Of a stretch of 64,000 nucleotides of DNA, positions 58,343-64,000 are shown piece by piece. Under the pieces are notes generated by a model. The model was not told the origin of the DNA and ran no database searches. It was given only the letters and a program-made list of their open reading frames with translations. The translations under genes and the position numbers were made by a program. How positions within the stretch are numbered: position 1 is the stretch's first letter; each line of letters starts with the position of its first letter. Source of the stretch: Candidatus Bathyarchaeia archaeon (GTDB lineage Archaea > Thermoproteota > Bathyarchaeia > 40CM-2-53-6); NCBI GenBank assembly GCA_050013255.1, contig JBEKFP010000002.1, forward strand, positions 1-64,000, in the 5' to 3' direction.

Positions 58343-59650
58343 ATGGCTCCTGCATCGTGGCGGTATGCGTTCCGTGGCTTCTGGGAACTCGCCCACCGCG
58401 ACAGTGCGTTCAAAATAATCCTTCTTGTCGCCACAACTCTCTGGGTTTATTCATCAATCTTGAAGCTACCCTTTGTGCAGCCAAGCAACTATAGCGACGT
58501 AGGCTGGCTGTGGATTCGAGACGTATACCAGGGACACCATAATCTACAGATACCTTACGTGCAGTACGAGCTTGAATACCCGCAGGTTATCGGTTTTCTC
58601 ATTTTTCTCGGTCAGGCAATATCCACATACTTTCCAGTAGTGGTCGACCAGTATAACACATTCGTCGTAGCGGAATCCGTTCTACAATATCCGTTCATGA
58701 TTGGAACACTCTTCAACCTGTACATGTTGTGTGGTAAGCTCCGGCTGAACCGGAATCGGTTGTACCTCTACGCGCTTTCAACCCTCACCTTCGTCATCTA
58801 TGGGTTCTACAACTGGGATTTCGTAGTGGCTTATTTTGTCAGCCTGACGATTTGGCTGTACCTCGACAAGAGGTTTGACGCAAGTGCACTAACTCTAACA
58901 GCAGCTGTTCTGACGAAGTTTATTCCAGGCATAATGTACTTTGCAATGGTCGCCGGGCTTCCGAACAATAAGGCTCGACTAAGGTTCACAGCAATTGCTG
59001 CGGGAACCTGGATCCTCGCGAACGCACCTTTCGCGGCCCTCAATTTCAGCGTCTGGATTAAGCTGTTCATAGGATACTCTGGGCCCAATCATCAGTTACA
59101 GAACACTTGGATTTCATGGGTCATAACTACAGCAGGCCTTGGCGACATAGTCTCAGGCGCAAGATACGGACAGATTCTGAGTTTCATAATTATCGGGTAC
59201 TTGATCATGCGGGCCGTGGTCAGCAGGAAGACACCTCTGGAAAAAATCCTTCTCTCATGGTACGCATGGTACGGAGCAATCTACCTGTTTGACCCTCAGA
59301 TGTTCATCCAGCTCTTTCCCATTGTAATCTTAACTCCGAACCTCAATTTCCTCTTCTACAGAATTGCGGATGTACTGAACGGATTCATAATCCTGTTCTA
59401 CTTCATCGGTGGTGGTCATCCCGGATTTCCAAGATACGTAACTGACCAGCTCACACCGTTTGGGCTGGTCAACATGTCAGCCGCGTTCCGGCAACTCATA
59501 TTTCTAGGAGCCTATTTCGTCTGCTTTAACCCGAAGTTACAGAAAAGGCTGAAACGCATGGCGGGAGCTCTGGCCGCGCCTGTTTGGGAGCTGGGCTTTC
59601 TCTTAGAAAAATTCACCTCCGGCTTGCTTGAACCGTTGACGAAGGCTTAG
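58343..59650 (+). CDS. GT87-like membrane glycosyltransferase
   Basis: YSDV, PY....EYP, NWD, TKFIP, NAPF, PQM. Confidence 0.8.
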   Translation: MAPASWRYAFRGFWELAHRDSAFKIILLVATTLWVYSSILKLPFVQPSNYSDVGWLWIRDVYQGHHNLQIPYVQYELEYPQVIGFLIFLGQAISTYFPVVVDQYNTFVVAESVLQYPFMIGTLFNLYMLCGKLRLNRNRLYLYALSTLTFVIYGFYNWDFVVAYFVSLTIWLYLDKRFDASALTLTAAVLTKFIPGIMYFAMVAGLPNNKARLRFTAIAAGTWILANAPFAALNFSVWIKLFIGYSGPNHQLQNTWISWVITTAGLGDIVSGARYGQILSFIIIGYLIMRAVVSRKTPLEKILLSWYAWYGAIYLFDPQMFIQLFPIVILTPNLNFLFYRIADVLNGFIILFYFIGGGHPGFPRYVTDQLTPFGLVNMSAAFRQLIFLGAYFVCFNPKLQKRLKRMAGALAAPVWELGFLLEKFTSGLLEPLTKA

Positions 59651-60374
59651 CTTGCGAACTCAGCTTAACGAGGTCCGCGAGCATTTTGAACGATTGGCTG
59701 CCCAATTTCAGCTTTGACTTCCCGATCACCCTGTCCCTGAATACGATTGGAATCTCGGTTGTCCTATACCCTTTCCAGTACGCCTTAACGATGAACTCCA
59801 TGAAAAACGAATTTCCCTGCGACTCCGTTTTAACTTCCCATACTGCTTCCCGTCGAATGGCACGCAAGGCTGTGGTGAAGTCGTGTACCGGTACACGTGA
59901 TAGCAGGACTATGAAGATGTTTCCCAGCCTACTGGCAATACTCTTCTTCAAGGTTTGGAATGATTTCACTTCATACTGGCCGCCCTTAATGTATCGTGAG
60001 CCGACGACCAAGTCATACCCCTCTCTGATTTTTGCGACGAAACGAGGTATGTCGTACGGGTTGTGAGAGAAGTCAGTATCCATCCCTACGATGATGCCGC
60101 CCTTGGCGAATCTGTAACCGTCAGCATGGGCGGAGCCGGGTCCCATCTTTCTGCGGCGCCAGAGTAATCGAACATTCCCATATTTCCTGCCTAGCTTCCT
60201 CACCAAGTCAGAAGTACCATCAGGCGAGTTGTCGTCTACTACAACAATCTCTCCCCGAATCTTACTACGCTTCAAAATACCTTCAATAATTGGAATCAGC
60301 TTAGACACATTTTCGCGCTCATTGTAAGTTGAAAGGACTACTGAAACCAGCCCTCTTCGCGTTCGGGCGTGCAT
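59613..60374 (-). CDS. dpm1: Polyprenol/dolichol-phosphate mannosyltransferase
   Basis: TYNERENV, VDDNSPDGT, MDTDFSHNP, GSRYIKGG, FRDR..GKSKL. Confidence 0.88.
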   Translation of the reverse strand: MHARTRRGLVSVVLSTYNERENVSKLIPIIEGILKRSKIRGEIVVVDDNSPDGTSDLVRKLGRKYGNVRLLWRRRKMGPGSAHADGYRFAKGGIIVGMDTDFSHNPYDIPRFVAKIREGYDLVVGSRYIKGGQYEVKSFQTLKKSIASRLGNIFIVLLSRVPVHDFTTALRAIRREAVWEVKTESQGNSFFMEFIVKAYWKGYRTTEIPIVFRDRVIGKSKLKLGSQSFKMLADLVKLSSQAKPSSTVQASRR

Positions 60375-60441
60375 TAATCATCCAGCCACAATGGTGATTA
60401 GGCCTGCTTTCTACCTTTATCGATTAAATCCCAACGGCTAG

Positions 60442-61428
60442 ATGATTAGCAGAACGGAGGCTCTCTGTAGGTCCATGAAGGTGCTTGTAACTGGTGGAGC
60501 TGGGTTCATTGGGAGCCATCTTGTAGAAGCTTTACTGGCGCATGGCGACGATGTTGTCGCACTGGACAACCTCAGTAGCGGTAGTTTGGATAACCTGCGC
60601 GAGTCGTCAAGCAAACCTGGCTTCAATTTTGTCGAGGCAGACCTGAAGAACTTTGGCGGATGGAATGAAGTCTTGGATGGAGTGAAACTGGTTTATCATT
60701 TCGCCGCCAATCCTGAGGTAAATGTCGGCGAAACCAACCCCGCCGTGCATTACCAGGAGAATCTTTTCGCAACATTCATGTTGCTGGAAGCGCTTCGCAA
60801 GAGCAAGGGTGCAAAGCACATCGTGTTTGCCTCCACTTCCACAGTGTACGGCGAAGCGTCTAAACTACCCACCCCTGAATCCTACGGGCCACTTTTGCCC
60901 ATCTCTACGTACGGTGCATCCAAGCTAGGCTGCGAGGTTCTCCTCAGCTCATACTCATATACGCATGGGATGCGCGCTCTAATCTTACGCCTTGGCAACT
61001 GCGTCGGTTCACGAGCAAGACACGGCGTCGTAGTGGATTTTATAAAAAAGCTGAAAGCGGATGCCACCGCATTAGAGATCCTAGGCGACGGAACCCAGAA
61101 AAAATCCTACCTCCACATCGAAGACCTCCTCGACGCGGCCGGGTTCATTAGGGATCGTTTCTTATCCTCTGAACAACGTGTCGACGTCTACAACCTCAGT
61201 TCGGCGGACCAAATCACCGTCAAACGCATCGCTGAAATTGTCGCCCAACAAATGGGCCTGCATGGAGTAAAGATGAATTTTACAGGGGGCGTCGACGGCG
61301 GGAGGGGATGGTTAGGGGACGTCAAACAAATGCACCTCTCCATCGGAAAACTGCGAAGGCTGGGTTGGACTCCGAAACTCAACAGCGAAGCCGCAGTACG
61401 GAGGGCGGCGAAGGAGCTCTTGGCCTAG
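60442..61428 (+). CDS. NAD-dependent epimerase/dehydratase (likely start 60475)
   Basis: TGGAGFIGSH, STSTVYG, YGASK. Confidence 0.92.
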   Translation: MISRTEALCRSMKVLVTGGAGFIGSHLVEALLAHGDDVVALDNLSSGSLDNLRESSSKPGFNFVEADLKNFGGWNEVLDGVKLVYHFAANPEVNVGETNPAVHYQENLFATFMLLEALRKSKGAKHIVFASTSTVYGEASKLPTPESYGPLLPISTYGASKLGCEVLLSSYSYTHGMRALILRLGNCVGSRARHGVVVDFIKKLKADATALEILGDGTQKKSYLHIEDLLDAAGFIRDRFLSSEQRVDVYNLSSADQITVKRIAEIVAQQMGLHGVKMNFTGGVDGGRGWLGDVKQMHLSIGKLRRLGWTPKLNSEAAVRRAAKELLA

Positions 61429-62159
61429 TGTCTAGACCGCAGAAATCCCAACTTATCATTACCCTCCCAGTCTACAGAGACGTAGCGTTCCTTGAGAAGA
61501 CAGCTGACGCCCTCCAAGAGATCACGCCCTCTATCTCGAAGGATTTCATCCTCTTGATCGCCGAAGACGGGTCCAACTCTTCAGAAATAGTTGAGAGACT
61601 CCGAACGAAATACCCAAACATCATCTACTTTCAAAATGATCGCAGATTGGGTAGGGGGAAGGCACTGCGGGAGGCTTGGAAGAAAGTCCGAGGCAACATT
61701 TACGCCTATATCGACGTGGACCAGGCGACAGATGTCACGAGACTAAATGCATATGCGAACCTAATCAATCTACAAGGGGACTTTGACCTCGTTACTGGGT
61801 CACGGTATATTGCAGCGTCGGTAACAGCGCGCCCTTGGCTTCGAAGAACCGCATCAATTGCATACAACTGGTGGGTTCGAATGATGTTCCGGACCGGGGT
61901 TCACGACCACCAATGCGGATTCAAGTCCTTCTCACGTGAATTAGTTGAACGACTGGCCATTGAGGCCAAGAGCGATTCTTGGTTCTGGGATACAGAGGTT
62001 ATCGTTCTCGCTAGGAAATTAGGGTTTAAAGTAAAGGAAATACCGATCTACTGGACCGAGAAAAAGGGGCGAAGAACGCCCGTCAAACGTCTACTAAAGG
62101 ACATATGGCTTCATGGAATCGGGATGCTGGGCCTGTTTTACAGGATCTGGCTCTGTTAA
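61428..62159 (+). CDS. GT2 dolichyl-phosphate glycosyltransferase-like protein; last three codons supplied by the inserted element
   Basis: EDGS, GRGKAL, DVD, GSRY, DHQCGFK, WFWDTE; GTG start at 61428. Confidence 0.88.
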   Translation: MSRPQKSQLIITLPVYRDVAFLEKTADALQEITPSISKDFILLIAEDGSNSSEIVERLRTKYPNIIYFQNDRRLGRGKALREAWKKVRGNIYAYIDVDQATDVTRLNAYANLINLQGDFDLVTGSRYIAASVTARPWLRRTASIAYNWWVRMMFRTGVHDHQCGFKSFSRELVERLAIEAKSDSWFWDTEVIVLARKLGFKVKEIPIYWTEKKGRRTPVKRLLKDIWLHGIGMLGLFYRIWLC

Positions 62160-63427
62160 CTTGTCGGCGGACGTCGTTTAGTTTCATCCTCCTGTCAACG
62201 CTTTATTGTTCAGCCGAAAGAGGCCAGTCGTCGACACAACCTTGCTTGCGGTCAAGGCGGTTCAGCAAAACTATACGCCGAACAGCCAGCTACTCGCCTT
62301 GCTTGAACAGTTCCGGCAAATGGTCAACGACTCCATTAGAATCGGACTCGCCGAGAACGTTACCAGCCTCAAGTCACTCTCCACCAAAGCTTACAATCAA
62401 CTTGCAACCTACGATGTCATGAGTTACTACAAACTCTGCGCAATCAGCAAAGCCACAGGCATCCTCAAGAACTACAGGAAAACGGAACGAAGAGGTAAAC
62501 GGGTCAGCAGGCCCTACGCCCGAAGACCGCAACTCACAACATGCTACGGATTCAAAATAAGCAGCGGAAACCTCCTACTGCCCATCAAGCCGAGGAGCAA
62601 TATCAGAATCCCCCTAAATCGTCATACGTTGCAGGTTCTTTCCGAGACTCGCCTAACGGCTCGATCGGTCACCCTCACCGCGAGCACAATTACCGTGGCC
62701 TACTCGAAAGATGTCCCAACTTTGGAACCGAGCGGATTCATGGCTATAGATAGGAACCTTGACAACGTGACAATAGCCGACTCAAACGGCTCAATCACGC
62801 GGCATAACCTATCAGAGGCTACGGAAATCAAGGCCATGTACCGTGAAGTGAAATCCCATCTGAACCGTAACGATTCCCGCGTAAAGCAGAGAGTCTACGC
62901 AAAGTACGGTATGAGGCAGCGTAATCGCGTGAGGCAACTTCTCCACCTAACCTCGAAACAAATTATCACAGAAGCTAAGAGTAGTAAGTCGGCGATTGTG
63001 ATGGAACGACTGACAGGAATACGCAAACTCTACAGGAAAGAGAATGGACAGGGTCGTAATTATCACGCAAGGATGAACGGTTGGAGCTTCGCGGAGCTGC
63101 AAAGGCAGGTTGAGTATAAGGCTAGATGGGAGGGCTTGCCTGTAATCTACGTGAACCCGTATGGTACTTCAGTGAAGTGTTCGATATGTGGGTTAAGAAT
63201 GAAACCCGAAGAGAACCGAACATTGAAGTGCCGTTCTTGCGGATTCACGGTAGACCGTGACGTGAATGCTGCTAGGAATATTCTAGCGGCTGGTATGAGA
63301 GCCCTGAGGTTCGGGGCCGTCGCGCCTGCAAGTGAAGCAATGGTACAAGAACCCCAGCGTAGGGTAATCTTGAAAGTCGATGCAGACGAGTTGACCGACC
63401 GGCATCCGCCGACAAGTTAACAGAACC
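62149..63427 (+). mobile_element. Non-autonomous TnpB-only element with 23-bp IS6-like TIRs and 8-bp TSD
   Basis: TIR-L GGCTCTGTTAACTTGTCGGCGGA (62149-62171); TIR-R reverse complement GGTTCTGTTAACTTGTCGGCGGA (63405-63427); CAGGATCT at 62141-62148 and 63428-63435. Confidence 0.92.
62206..63420 (+). CDS. tnpB: RNA-guided endonuclease TnpB (alternative start TTG 62242)
   Basis: RuvC I AIDRN, RuvC II VMERL, CSIC/CRSC zinc finger, RuvC III DRDVNAARNI. Confidence 0.93.
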   Translation: MFSRKRPVVDTTLLAVKAVQQNYTPNSQLLALLEQFRQMVNDSIRIGLAENVTSLKSLSTKAYNQLATYDVMSYYKLCAISKATGILKNYRKTERRGKRVSRPYARRPQLTTCYGFKISSGNLLLPIKPRSNIRIPLNRHTLQVLSETRLTARSVTLTASTITVAYSKDVPTLEPSGFMAIDRNLDNVTIADSNGSITRHNLSEATEIKAMYREVKSHLNRNDSRVKQRVYAKYGMRQRNRVRQLLHLTSKQIITEAKSSKSAIVMERLTGIRKLYRKENGQGRNYHARMNGWSFAELQRQVEYKARWEGLPVIYVNPYGTSVKCSICGLRMKPEENRTLKCRSCGFTVDRDVNAARNILAAGMRALRFGAVAPASEAMVQEPQRRVILKVDADELTDRHPPTS

Positions 63428-63447
63428 CAGGATCTACATAGCCTAGC
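63290..63447 (+). ncRNA. Predicted TnpB omega/reRNA (scaffold overlapping the tnpB 3' end plus flank-derived guide); limits approximate
   Basis: Hairpins at 63301-63317 and 63346-63372; CTGCA/TGCAG pairing (63326/63381); position follows the known TnpB reRNA arrangement. Confidence 0.6.
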
Positions 63448-63503
63448 ACGGCTACATGACGTTTAAACTTCCATTCAGTCAGACATATTCGGGCTGAGTT
63501 CAG

Positions 63504-64000
63504 TTGACACCAGTGACGGAGCTAAGGGAAATCGCTCTAGGCAAACTGGAGGAGCTGGCTCCGGCGTCTCAAAGGGTAGCCATCTGCGAATATGGGCCCT
63601 CAGTCTATGCAAGACCAGGCTCGTACAAGGGTCAAGACGTTATGGTTGTATGCGAAAACTACGCAAATGGGCTGCGAGCCCATCTTAGGGTTATCGAAGG
63701 GCATGAAATTAGGTTCCTAATAGCCGATCGGGATCTGCTAGAGTCAGATATCAAAAGGGGGACGCTCGGTGATTTCATCACCGAGAAATTCCTGTACCCC
63801 CATCGCCCACTAGCGAATAGCGAATACGTCGAAAAAATAAGCACCCAAGCTAAGACGCGCGTCGTGAAGGAAGAAACCCGAGACCTCGTCGTGGAGTACG
63901 GTGAAATGTGCCGCGGCTTGGTTGCGAAACCGGAGTTCTTCGGCATTTCGCGAATGAGGAAGCGAGCACGCGTTTTCATGCCCAGCATGGCTGATTATCT
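63504..64000 (+). CDS. Hypothetical protein with nucleotidyltransferase-like N-terminus (partial, runs off window)
   Basis: Open from TTG 63504 or GTG 63513 to the end: AICEYGPSVY...DVMVVCE...D..RGTLGDF. Confidence 0.65.
   Translation, partial: MTPVTELREIALGKLEELAPASQRVAICEYGPSVYARPGSYKGQDVMVVCENYANGLRAHLRVIEGHEIRFLIADRDLLESDIKRGTLGDFITEKFLYPHRPLANSEYVEKISTQAKTRVVKEETRDLVVEYGEMCRGLVAKPEFFGISRMRKRARVFMPSMADY

Noticed and set aside
62149-63427. Calling the element a standard IS605/IS1341 member
   Set aside because: True TIRs and an 8-bp TSD are inconsistent with HUH peel-and-paste transposition.
1-64000. CRISPR array, tRNA or rRNA genes
   Set aside because: No regularly spaced repeats, cloverleaf/T-loop signatures or rRNA-like stretches were recognised by eye, and tnpB has no adjacent array, so it is not called Cas12f.

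Overview
This is an archaeal chromosomal window from the TACK group. PolB1, S25e, RpoK, a thermosome subunit, class I LysRS and archaeosortases/PEF-CTERM proteins suggest a Bathyarchaeia-like lineage (inference). Positions 1-33 kb are mostly housekeeping genes. They are interrupted by a ~4.6-kb three-gene cassette (DNA methyltransferase-like gene with degenerate motifs, MORC/GHKL ATPase fused to a histidine kinase, atypical response regulator) flanked by an imperfect 19-bp direct repeat. Positions 34-62 kb are a cell-envelope locus. It holds two archaeosortases (one Cys-type, one Ser-type), a 1473-aa PEF-CTERM putative S-layer protein flanked by a membrane-receptor/KaiC-ATPase fusion and a soluble KaiC-like ATPase, surface hydrolases sharing a repeat module, three GT-C-like glycosyltransferases and lipid-sugar synthases. 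The most striking feature is a 1279-bp element (62149-63427) that encodes only TnpB but has 23-bp IS6-like terminal inverted repeats and a perfect 8-bp target-site duplication. This suggests an RNA-guided nuclease mobilised by DDE transposition rather than the usual HUH/serine route. No tRNA, rRNA or CRISPR array was recognised. All calls come from motif reading by eye; no searches were run.
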